64,000 nt of DNA, taken from NCBI RefSeq assembly GCF_000143415.4, contig NW_003314306.1:931751-995750 (forward strand). Direction: 5' to 3'. How positions within the stretch are numbered: position 1 is the stretch's first letter; each line of letters begins with the position of its first letter. Below the pieces are notes generated by a model. That model searched no databases. It was not told the DNA's origin and worked only from the letters and a program-made list of their open reading frames with translations. Shown here piece after piece: positions 12,278 through 22,972 of the stretch. The translations under genes were made by a program, and so were the position numbers. The DNA comes from Selaginella moellendorffii. Lineage: Eukaryota; Plantae; Lycopodiophyta.

Positions 12278-12973
12278 ATGGCGGAGCTAAACAGGCCTCC
12301 CCAGCAGCAGAAGCTCAACGGCGCCTACTACGTCCCGAATGCCTACCCGGTCGGCGACAATCGCAAGCGGCCATCGGGGCGCAGGAGCCGGATTGGATTT
12401 TGCTGCCGCTGCCTGTGCTCCACGCTCCTGGCGATCATCTTCGCGCTGGGCATCGCGGCGCTCGTCATCTGGCTCGTCCTCCGCCCCAAGGCGCCCAAGT
12501 ACACGGTCCAGGACGTGAGGATCAACGCGCTCAATGTCACCGCCGGCTCTAGATCCGTGGACACGGACATCGTGCTGGGCATCCGGGCCGAGAATCCAAA
12601 CAAGCGCATCACGATCAAGTATGGCGGCATCCACGCGCGGGTCTTCTTCCTGGGCACGCAGATTGGGGCGGGATCCATCGCTCCATTCACGCAGCCCAGG
12701 AGGAACGTGACGGTGGTGAGCGCGCCCATCCGTGGATCGGGCGTGGTAGTGTCCCAGCCCACCGCGTCCAGCCTGAGAGCGTCGGTCGATCGCAGCAGCA
12801 TTCCACTGGTTGTGGACGTGAATGTGAGGGCCAAGATCAAGACCGGGAGCGCGAGCACGTTTTGGTTCCGCGTGAGAGTGAGGTGCGCGATCCGGGTGAG
12901 CTCGCCGGCGTCGCCGGGCGGGGCGAGGATGCTGAGCAAGAACTGCAAGAGGCGTGGTGGCAAATTCTGGTAG
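12278..12973 (+). CDS. NDR1/HIN1-like (LEA_2 domain) membrane protein
   Basis: Intronless. Cys-rich CCRCLC, TM helix, LVLRPKAPKYTV, AENPNKRITIKY, PFTQPRRN and terminal C..C. Confidence 0.9.
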   Translation: MAELNRPPQQQKLNGAYYVPNAYPVGDNRKRPSGRRSRIGFCCRCLCSTLLAIIFALGIAALVIWLVLRPKAPKYTVQDVRINALNVTAGSRSVDTDIVLGIRAENPNKRITIKYGGIHARVFFLGTQIGAGSIAPFTQPRRNVTVVSAPIRGSGVVVSQPTASSLRASVDRSSIPLVVDVNVRAKIKTGSASTFWFRVRVRCAIRVSSPASPGGARMLSKNCKRRGGKFW

Positions 12974-13515
12974 AAGAAGAATGGAAATCGCCCTCCTCGC
13001 TCCCTCGCTCGCTCGCTGGGGGACGAATTTTCATATACATCCTTTCGTTTTTGGTCCCCTTTCTCTTCTCGCTCGCATTGTTTCTATAGATCGATCCAAT
13101 TCCTCCCTCTCGATGGAAATTGGCCATGGATTTGAGCTTTGTTTGTGCTGCCAAGGATCTATTCCTTGCTTTCGAGTTTCATTTTTACAGTGGTGTGAAT
13201 ACTAAAGAGATCTATAAACATGCATTCTTCGTTCGTCCGCCACGGAAATTTGCTCGCCCTTGTGGCGCGATTCCTCTTTTTTTACTGTGCGATTTACACC
13301 ATGGAAATTGCTTTTTCGCCTCGTTTCTTGGGATCGTGTGGCGTGGAGCTACCTGTCAATCTCAGACACAGAGGGTGTGATCCAGCAGTGACAAGATGCT
13401 GACGCTTGACTGGGCAGTTTGACCGGGTCAACCCATTCGGTCAACCCAGCAAAGGACTTTCGTCCATCTTTAACATTTTCGCTCTTCCTTGATGATCTAA
13501 TCCAGGAATTCTCTA

Positions 13516-14580
13516 TCACGATTTTGGAGGCGAGAATCCATAGACAGTGAAGCCACCGTCAACGCTGATCACTTGCCCGGAAACGTAGGAAGACGCTGGC
13601 ATTGCCAGGAACGCTACAACCGCGGAGACTTCGTGGGGTTCCCCGACTCGTCCCGCGGGCGTTCGATCCACCACCGCAGCTTCGTAGCCGGGCCTGCCCA
13701 GAACCTACGAGTCGAATCAGTTTGAGAAGAACTTTCGAAGAACTAACGAAAAACTTTAAGAACTTTCTACTAGAGCTTGGCACCTGTTGCGCAAGATCAG
13801 TTTTGATGTACCATGGGGCCACTGCATTGACACGGATCCCATCTTGAGCCCAGTCACACGCCAAGTTCTTGGTGATTTGATTCATGGCACCTGTTAGAAG
13901 GTAGAAGATGTATGGAAGTTATCCTTTTGCTCGTATCTACCTTTGGTGGCTGCGTAGAGTACGCCCGTGGAGATGGCCACCACTCCGGCCACCGAGGAGA
14001 TGAAAACCAGGCTGGAGTTTCCAGCGGCTTTGAGCAATGGGTGAGCCAATTGCGATGTGTGAAAGGCGGAGTCGAAGTTTGTGGAGAAAACCGTGGAGAC
14101 GTCCTCGCCAGTGTACTCCAGCGTAGGCTTTCTTACGTTGGTTCCAACGTTGTTTACCTGGAGACAAGAGGAGATTGATCAGAACAGAAGGACCAAGGAC
14201 GAAGCTCAAGAGATCTAGAAAAGATGGATAGTGCTTACAAGAATGTCGAGCTTTCCACCAAAGTGTTGGGACACAAGGCCCATGAGTGCTTCTCTCTCGC
14301 TGGGGTTGGAGAGATCACAAGTGGAGCCATGGACGTCGAGGTTGGATTGGCGCCACTCCTGGAGCCGCTCGCTCAAGCTCTGCCCGGAGCGCGAGCATGT
14401 ATACACGGAAGCTCCAAGGCCCGCAAGCTCCTCCACAACCGCTCGCCTGGGTGTCATCCAAATTTTTTTTGGGTGGATTTGAGACCATCTACATGAAAGA
14501 GCCTACCCGATTCCCCGTGTTCCTCCCGTGACGAGGGCGCTCTTGCCGCTCAAGCTCCATCGCTGGGAAAGGGATCCCAT
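13516..14580 (-). CDS. Tropinone reductase-like short-chain dehydrogenase, copy 1 (5 exons)
   Basis: [68 protein letters not shown]. Frames join intact across GT-AG introns. Confidence 0.9.
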
Positions 14581-14589
14581 TCAGAAAAG

Positions 14590-15805
14590 GATCGAACTGG
14601 AGACCTTCCGTAAAAGACAACAGCTAGATTTTATGAACTGACCAATTGCAACATGAAACCATTAGCAATCCCACAGGTAAAATGAAAGAAAAGATTCCAG
14701 TTCTGAAGCCTTCTGTGCGCTCAATTTAGGGCAAAGAAAGAGGTATGAACTAGAGACCTTCAATAACGTGATGACCAACTACACCATGAAAACATCAGCA
14801 AATGCCTCTTCCAGGCATTTGTTATTGACAAGTAAAATCAAAGGAAAGAAAATGCTTTAACATGTGGCTTCATCCGAGACCTTCAAGTGTATGAGACTGG
14901 TGTGATGACCAATTACACCATGAAACGATCACGAAATGCATTGCCTTTCCTGGGCATTGCTATTGTCCCTAACGCACAAGTAAAATAAAAGAAAAGAAAG
15001 GCCTTTTAAATTGGCTTCATGCTAGAGACCTTCAATGTGTAAGACTGACCAATTACACCATAAAACCATCACCAAATGTCTTTCTTGGGTATTCGCTTGG
15101 ACAAGCAAAATGAAAGATATTACGTTGCTTCGTCCAGGTTACAGACCTTCAATGTGTCGTGATGACCAACTTCACCAGATACCTGTTTTGGGCATTTGTA
15201 GTTAACCCACAAGTAAAATGAAAGTAAAGAAAGTGCTTCTGGCAATTGGCTTCATCCAGGTTTGAACTGGAGGTCTTCCATGAAACATTGAACCATCAAC
15301 AAATAACTTTTATGGGCATTTGTAGTTGTCATAACCCACAAGTAAAATCAAGCTTCATCTGGAGACCTTCAGTGTGTCACTACACCATGAAACCATCAGC
15401 AAATGCCTTTCCTGTTGTCCTAAATCACAAGTAAAAATCAAAGGGAAAAAAAAAAGCTTTAACATGTGGCTTCATCCAGGTTTGAAGACCTTCAATGTTT
15501 TGATAACCCCATGAAACCATCAAAACATGCCTTGCCTTTCCTTGGCATTTGCTATTGTGCCTAACTCACAAGTAAAAACAAAGCTTTAACTTATAGCTTC
15601 ATACAGGTTTGAATTTGAGGCTGTCAATATCAAAGACAAGACAGTGATAACTAACCACACTATACCATCAACAAATGCCTTCCTTGGGCATATGCCGTTG
15701 AACCCACAAGGGAAAAGAGTGCTTTCACATGTGGCTTCATCCAGGTTTGAACTGGAGACCTTCAGTGTGTTAGACTGACGTGATAACCAACTACACCATG
15801 AAACC
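14590..15805 (-). repeat. Tandem array of ~10 degenerate tRNA-Val(AAC)-derived units (~105-145 bp spacing) with a shared spacer
   Basis: Recurrent + strand pieces tggcttcatccagg / gagaccttca / gtgatgaccaactacaccatgaaacc start at ~14590, 14745, 14865, 15012, 15126, 15247, 15352, 15467, 15594 and 15732. Spacer motif aaatgcc..ggcattt..acaagtaaaa recurs. Confidence 0.85.
15732..15805 (-). tRNA. tRNA-Val (anticodon AAC), structurally intact unit of the array
   Basis: Reverse complement GGTTTCATGGTGTAGTTGGTTATCACGTCAGTCTAACACACTGAAGGTCTCCAGTTCAAACCTGGATGAAGCCA folds as a cloverleaf: acceptor GGTTTCA/TGAAGCC, anticodon stem TCAGT/ACTGA, T stem TCCAG/CTGGA. TTTT lies ~15 nt downstream. Confidence 0.85.
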
Positions 15806-15837
15806 ATTAACAAAATCTTCATTATGTGAAAGGGAAT

Positions 15838-16909
<1,072 letters not shown>

Positions 16910-17051
16910 TGCAAATCGAAATACCAAACTTCTCTCTCTGTTTTTGGCCACAGTGATTTGTGCTGCCTCGTGTCCGCATGGAAGAAGGACACCTGAAAGC
17001 TCAAGATCTTTCTATTATAGTAGCTAATTACATGTGTTTTAAGGCTACATT

Positions 17052-17436
17052 TTACCACTCAGATTCCACAACTGGAACATACCAATACTTGTAGCCCAAG
17101 TCCCAACCAGTGTTAAACAAAGCAAAGTCTAAGACATACCACTCGAGGGGACCGTAATCATAGTTCTTTTTTTGGTCATAAGCATTGAACGAGCGTGACT
17201 TGCCATTCAAGGAGACGTCGCACCAAAAGAGCGTGTTTCCGAACACTCGATCGCCGAATGGCCAGCCGAATGAAGCCTTGGGCTTGATCTTCTGTGCCCC
17301 CAAATCGTTTTGCGCGGATCGGCAGTGGAGAAATAGATCAAACTTAGAGCAATTAAAGATCGTGACGGTCTTTGCTCCTCCTGCTGCTATGAGAACTAGC
17401 AAGAGGGCAAGAACAAAAAGATTTCGGTGATAGCAT
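17052..17436 (-). pseudogene. S-protein homologue (SPH / Self-incomp_S1), frameshifted in the signal peptide
   Basis: Mature part has LHCRSAQNDLG, FGWPF, GNTLFWC and FNAY. The ATG at 17436, homologous to the paralog's start, is out of frame because of an indel at a T5 tract. TATAAAT at 17471-17477. Confidence 0.7.
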
Positions 17437-17583
17437 TGGAAAGTTCAGGGAGGACACTCGTGATCATTTGATTTATACTAGTCCAAAATATCAAACCTTG
17501 GACCGCAAAACTATCTCATGTAGTTTAAAGTTCGTATCTTTTCTTTTGTCCATAGACACAAGAACCTTCAAGCTTTGATCGTC

Positions 17584-18104
17584 TCATCTCTGGACGGACA
17601 GCTTCTCCTGGAAGATAATATCGTCCTCAAGGATTGGATTGGAATCTGGATCAAGGTATGGAGGAAGCAGCACTGCCGTTTTCTGGGTAGCCAAGCTCGC
17701 ACGGAAGGCCTCGGCGATCTTCTCCGGCCCGTAGTAGTGACCCTCGGCTACGTGAATCGAGGCATGCACCAAGAACCCATCCTCGATCACCAAGTTGTAG
17801 AAGTTGCATTGTGTTCCTCGGTAGATCTTCCGGAAGCGGGGCTTGTGTAGATCAAACTTGAGCTCGCCCAGGCTAAAGAGCGTTGTAAGCCCCTGGAAGA
17901 AAAGACTAAAGCCCACTCGATCTCGCTGAGTGAAACTTACGTTGAAGTGGAACTGGACAATGTCGTCTTTCCATTGCTCGAGCAGCGCGTCCAGTTGCTT
18001 CCACACCTCCTCTCGAGAGACGCCCCTCTTCTCGTACATGTCCTCCAAGCGCGAGGTCGATTCATCCTCTCCTTTTCCTTCGTGAGATCCAGAACGGTTG
18101 CCAC
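17584..18104 (-). CDS. Hypothetical protein of unknown family (5' end unclear)
   Basis: 154-aa ORF with coding-like GC content and a plausible 48-nt in-frame GTAAG..CAG intron (17893-17940). A deleted copy of its 3' end lies at ~19540-19625. Confidence 0.4.
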
Positions 18105-18349
18105 CTGTAAAACCAACCAGAACCCTAATGCCCTTTACGAACTAGCTAAGCTAACCATTTCAAGCTGCGGCAACTTTTCTCATGGCTTGCCTAACTCGAC
18201 CTCTCAGACCAGGATGTTACAACCATCGCTGAAATGATTGATGCGGCAATCGTGGCTTGGTTCCCGACTGGCGACCCGGGGCTTCTTTTGAGGACAATGG
18301 TGTGACAGTGATCAAGCACAAGCGAGAGAAGAAAGTCCATCGGTAGCTC

Positions 18350-18445
18350 ACCGAGATTTCAAGCCCCAGAATGAGACCGAACACCGCCCTCCATTTTACC
18401 ACTTGCGGCATCCGCTCAGCGCGCTCATGAGCGTCATAAATCCCG
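18350..18445 (-). pseudogene. Fragment of the 3' end of the neighbouring PPR gene
   Basis: Closely matches 19801-19900 (gatttcaagccccagaatgaga..ccacttgcggcatccg..catgagcgtca). A further inverted fragment lies at ~18160-18190. Confidence 0.65.
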
Positions 18446-18512
18446 TCGCGCCGATGAGAAACAGCAATTTTCCTTGACACGAGGTTGGAGCTGCGGACTC
18501 GGTTTGGACGAC

Positions 18513-18980
18513 AGGCGTGAAATAGAAGAAGACGGCGGACATGTCCTGGGCGGTGGATTTCTTCCTCACATTGTGTCCTACGTTGCTTACCTGGAGAAAC
18601 ACTTGGGACAAAGCCTGGATCGCTTCCTCACATTGTTTCCTACGTTGTTTACATCTCAATCATAATCCATCAATCGAGACAAACTAACGCGAGAAGAAAG
18701 CGGATTTACTCGAGGCAAAAACTTCGTTGTCGAGCTTTCCGCCTAAGTAAGGGGACACAAGCGGCAAGAACTTCAAAACTTCTTTACAAGGATGTCGAGC
18801 TTTTCCGCCAAAATGTTGCCCATTCATGAGCGCTCTCTCGCTGGGCTTGGAGAGGCCACAGTGGATTGGCGCCACTTGTGGAGCCGCTCATATATTACAC
18901 AGAAGCTCCAAGCCCCGCAAGCTCGATTCATGAGTTTTTATCGACGAGTAACCCATCAAAGAACTTAACCCGATTATACG
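18513..18980 (-). pseudogene. Degenerate third tropinone-reductase-like gene
   Basis: Scrambled, partly duplicated remnants VSNVG..VRK, HFGGK, LGGKLD and LAGLGASV, with deletions and frameshifts. Confidence 0.75.
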
Positions 18981-19050
18981 AGATTTCTCTTCCACAGCCA
19001 GCTCATTGTTCTTAATCTTTTATAATAGAACTATTACATGACATTAGTTT

Positions 19051-19440
19051 TTACCACTCAAACTCCACAACTGGAACATACCATTTCCTGGTTTCTTGGT
19101 GCCAACCAGTGCCAAACAAAGCAAAGTCCAAAAGATACCACTCGATCTGCTCGTAATTGGAGCTCTTTTTTTGGTCGTAAGCATGGAACTGGAATGACTT
19201 ACCATCCAAGGAGAAGTCACACCAAAAGAGCGTGTTTCCAACCCATCGATCACCGAATGGCCAGCCGAATGAATCCTTGGGCTTGAGCGTCTGTGCCCCC
19301 AAATCGTTCTGCTTGGATCGGCAGTGGAGCGATAGATCCGACTCAGAGCGATTAAAGATCTTCACGGTCTTTGCTTCTGCTGCCGCTGTCATGAGAACTA
19401 GCAAGAGTGGAAGAACGTGACAAGATTTCGGTGATAGCAT
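19051..19440 (-). CDS. Secreted S-protein homologue (SPH / Self-incomp_S1 family), 129 aa
   Basis: Signal peptide followed by TVKIFN..LSLHCRSKQNDLG..FGWPF..GNTLFWC..FHAY..EW. Intronless; TATAAAT at 19475-19481. Confidence 0.85.
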   Translation of the reverse strand: MLSPKSCHVLPLLLVLMTAAAEAKTVKIFNRSESDLSLHCRSKQNDLGAQTLKPKDSFGWPFGDRWVGNTLFWCDFSLDGKSFQFHAYDQKKSSNYEQIEWYLLDFALFGTGWHQETRKWYVPVVEFEW

Positions 19441-19742
19441 TGGAAAGTTGAGGGAGGGCAATTGCGATCATCTGATTTATAGTTGTCGAACTTGGACCGC
19501 TAAACTATCTCATACGGCTTGAAGTTTTCGCGGCATTCATAGTTGAGACAAAAACCTTCAAGCCTTGACTGTCTTATCTCTGGATGGGCAGCTTATCCCG
19601 GAAGTATGGAGGTAGCAGCACTGCGAGATTCAACACAAAGTTGCCACCTAGAGTTCTTTCACAAATGCCTGGTCGGGCATTTGCCTGAAACTCTATAATG
19701 GTTTACCAGATGTCTTTGAAAACGAGAAGCTGTAATGGATAT

Positions 19743-21866
19743 CTAGGCTTCTCCACAAACGCTAGCCATGAGCAAAGTTGCCGCAGCTCGATCTTCCTCC
19801 GGGATTTCAAGCCCCAGAATGAGATCAAACACCGCCCTCGCGACGCGGGCATTTCCCCACTTGCGGCATCCGCCCAGCGCGCCCATGAGCGTCACAAATC
19901 CCGGCCTCGGCCGCTGGCATTCCAACATCCCCACCGCCTCGTCCAATCGATTCGCCCGACAAAGGAGATCCACGACGCAGCTAATGTGCTCCTCGGAGGG
20001 GACAATGCCGTACACGTCCCGCATTTCGCGGAAGAACTGTCGCCCTTGGTCGACGAGCCCGGCGTGGCCGCACGCCGCGAGAATCGAAACGAAGGTCACT
20101 CGGTTTGGTCGGAGGCCCTGCTCGGCTTCCATCCCCTGGAGGGAATCCAGCACGCGATCGATCTTGCCTTGGTGGCTGTGAGCTCCCACGAGAGCGTTCC
20201 ACATCGCGAGGTCTCTAGCGGCAGCCGCGGCATCAAATACCGCCTCCGCGTCGCGCGAGCTCCCGGATCTCCCGTAGAAATCGATCAGTGCGGTGGTCAC
20301 TAGCAGCTCGCTCTCGAATCCTCGCCGGCAGATCTTCGCGTGGATCGATCTTCCCGCCGCCAGAGCTCCCAGGTTCGCGCAGGCCTTGAGCGCTGTGAGA
20401 TAAGTCACTGGGCTCAGAGGGGCTGGGATTTGCGCGAGCTCCATTCGAGCGAAGAGGGCGAGAGCTTGCTCGTTCTCGCCACCCTCGACGTAGGCGGAGA
20501 TCATGGCTGTCCACGCGAAAACGTCGCGGAGATCCATGGAATCAAACACGGTCTTGGCTTCCTCCACGCTCCCACACTTTCCATAGAGATCGATGAGAGT
20601 GCTCGAGAGAAAGAGATGGTGGTCTTGTCCAATGTTCTTCAGTTGTGAATGGATAGCTTGTCCCCTTCTCAGGCATGAAAGTTTCATAGATTTGGAGCTC
20701 GGACTGGTGGAACTCGGGCTCGAAGAGCTCGGACTGGAACTCGGGCTCTTTCCTGCCAAGTTTACACAGGCCTTGAGCGCTGCGAGGTAAGTCACAGCGT
20801 TGCTTCTCTCGAGCCTTTCAATCGACTCAAACGTCTCCAAGGCCTGTTCTTCGTCGCCACCCTCGGCATAGCCGAGAATCAGCGCGTTCCACGATGCGGC
20901 GTCGTCGTGGGCGATCGCGATTCCATCGAAAACAAGCTGAGCTTGGGTCATGCTGCCGACTTTTCCATAGAGATCGACCAGAGCGTTCGCCACGAATCCG
21001 TTGGACTCGCTGCCGGACCTTAGAATCCCCGAGTGAACGTCTCGAGCTTTCGAAAGATCTCCTGGAAAGTTGGCGCAGGCCTTGAGAGCTGCAAGGTAAG
21101 TCACCGCGTTTGGGCGAACTCCATCGTCTCGCATTCTCTCCAGGAGCTCCAGAGCAGTGTCTCCACGGCCACTCTCGGCGTATCCCAGAATCATGGAGCT
21201 CCACGACACAACATCCTGCGTTTTCATTCGATCGAAGACGCTCCTCGCGTCAACCATGCTCCCACACTTCCCATACGTGTCGATGAGCGTGCTTGCCACA
21301 AAAGTATGGAGCTCCAGTCCGGATTCGACGAGCTGGGAGTGGATTCTTCGTCCAATCTCCAAACACTCGGTGGATTTTCCTCGCTCTCTCGACGCGAGGT
21401 TGGCACAGGCCTTGAGAGCTGCGAGATAAGTCACTCGGTTTGGGCGACAGGATCTCTCCAGGCCCGAGCTTTCCATTTGCGTGAAGAGATCGAGAGCTTG
21501 CTTGGCATCGCCATTCTCGGCGTACCCAAGTATGAGAGCGTTCCACGAGACGACGCTCTTGCGAGGATTGGTTTCGAAAATCTTTCGAGCATCAACCATG
21601 CTCCCACACTTGGCATACATGGAAACGAGCGAGTTTGCAACGTAAGTGTCCGACGATGCCGCAGCGTCTCTGGAAACCTCGCCATGGATTCTCCTCCCGC
21701 CCTCTAAATCTCTGGAGCGAGCACATACCTTGAGCGCCGAGAGGAGAGCTGGAATGCTCAACGCCACTCCCTCTTTTGTCGAGGCTTCCCGGATTCTTTT
21801 CCGGCCGGAATATGAAGATGGTTCCTCCATCCTGGCGAGAAGAGCTCCAGCATGATGCCATTCCAT
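19743..21866 (-). CDS. PLS-class pentatricopeptide repeat protein with partial E domain (organellar RNA-editing-factor type)
   Basis: Repeated SLVSMYAKCGSMVDARKIF / VVSWNALILGYAENG / PNRVTYLAALKACA motifs. C-terminal TFVSILAACGHAGLVDQG..HISCVVDLLCRANRLDEA. No DYW domain. Confidence 0.9.
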   Translation of the reverse strand: MEWHHAGALLARMEEPSSYSGRKRIREASTKEGVALSIPALLSALKVCARSRDLEGGRRIHGEVSRDAAASSDTYVANSLVSMYAKCGSMVDARKIFETNPRKSVVSWNALILGYAENGDAKQALDLFTQMESSGLERSCRPNRVTYLAALKACANLASRERGKSTECLEIGRRIHSQLVESGLELHTFVASTLIDTYGKCGSMVDARSVFDRMKTQDVVSWSSMILGYAESGRGDTALELLERMRDDGVRPNAVTYLAALKACANFPGDLSKARDVHSGILRSGSESNGFVANALVDLYGKVGSMTQAQLVFDGIAIAHDDAASWNALILGYAEGGDEEQALETFESIERLERSNAVTYLAALKACVNLAGKSPSSSPSSSSPSSTSPSSKSMKLSCLRRGQAIHSQLKNIGQDHHLFLSSTLIDLYGKCGSVEEAKTVFDSMDLRDVFAWTAMISAYVEGGENEQALALFARMELAQIPAPLSPVTYLTALKACANLGALAAGRSIHAKICRRGFESELLVTTALIDFYGRSGSSRDAEAVFDAAAAARDLAMWNALVGAHSHQGKIDRVLDSLQGMEAEQGLRPNRVTFVSILAACGHAGLVDQGRQFFREMRDVYGIVPSEEHISCVVDLLCRANRLDEAVGMLECQRPRPGFVTLMGALGGCRKWGNARVARAVFDLILGLEIPEEDRAAATLLMASVCGEA

Positions 21867-22092
21867 AGAGAAATCAACCCATAGAAAAGAAAGACTAGAT
21901 TTTTTGTGGATCCAACCTCTTGAGTTCCTTTTAGTACACAATGCTAGGATCATCTATCGCTCTACAACAAAAACCATCCATTTCCCTTCCTCTCTCCAGC
22001 TTTTCCTTCTTCTCTAGCTGTGGATCTAGTATACAAACCCAAGGCAAGGAAAACGAATCAAAGAATGGACGTGTGCTCTCTCTTTCATCCAT

Positions 22093-22972
22093 TCAACTTT
22101 GCTCCGTCTTGACGGCCATGGCGGCTTGCCTTCTACGCATTTGAGCCTCGAGCTTATTTTGCATCTCTGCGAAACAAAAACAACGTTAGAAACTCTGCTC
22201 TTCATGCGTAAAACCAAGTGAAGAAGGGAGAAAGGCTTACTCTTGTGAGCAATTGCCTTGCGAGTGAGTGCCAAAAACTCTTCCCACTCGAACGATTGTA
22301 GCTCTTGTTTCTCTTCGTCTGTGAGTTGGAAGTTTGGCTCCCTTCCACACATATAAGCAGCTCTAATGCCAGACAAAGATAAGAAACGACGAAACGAAAC
22401 GAAGAGCTATGAAAAACTCTTTACCTGTCGTAGAGATGAGCAGCCTCTTCTTGGGTGTTGACGGTTCCCAGATGGACTTGTTTCTTCCCAACTTTGATGG
22501 CAGCCTGCCACTTCAAGTTCTTGAAGTAAACTCCCCGCAACATGCACGGCTCCTGGTTATTCACTTGCTTCCTCCGGTGTAGCTTTCGCTTCTTGAGCTC
22601 CTTGTCTGCCAAAAACCAAGGATATCTCAAGCCGAGCAAACTAGAAAAGCAGTAGCGAGAGATACCTTTGAAGGGGGTTTTGAAAGCGAGAGGTGGTGGC
22701 TTGCCTATGTACTCCTGCAACTACGAAGGCATAGCCTCTTAGAACTTGAAACTGGAAACGAAGAGAAGAAAGTGATGGAAACTTACGTCTGTTCCATCCG
22801 GCCGATACATGGCCAGCGCCAGAGGCTCCACATTTTCACTACACTTGTTGGAAGCTTGCTGCAGCCTACATTTCTCTGATAGAACACACACACAGGAAAC
22901 AAGTAAGATATGAGCTTTGAAGCAATAGAAACACTTACCACTCAGGTGCTTTCGTTTTCGAATGCTGACCAT
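22093..22972 (-). CDS. Soloist AP2/ERF transcription factor, At4g13040 (APD1)-like, multi-exon
   Basis: MVSIRKRK start; KRKLHRRKQVNNQEPCMLRGVYFKNLKWQAAIKVGKKQVHLGT..EEAAHLYDR-AAYMCGREPNFQL..WEEFLALTRKAI. Confidence 0.88.

Noticed and set aside
14590-15805. CRISPR-like repeat-spacer array
   Set aside because: Eukaryotic context and no cas genes; the repeats are tRNA-derived and the spacers are homologous to each other rather than unique.
20695-20750. Ser/Pro-rich tandem insert in the PPR protein
   Set aside because: An in-frame slippage repeat in an inter-motif loop; no evidence of function.
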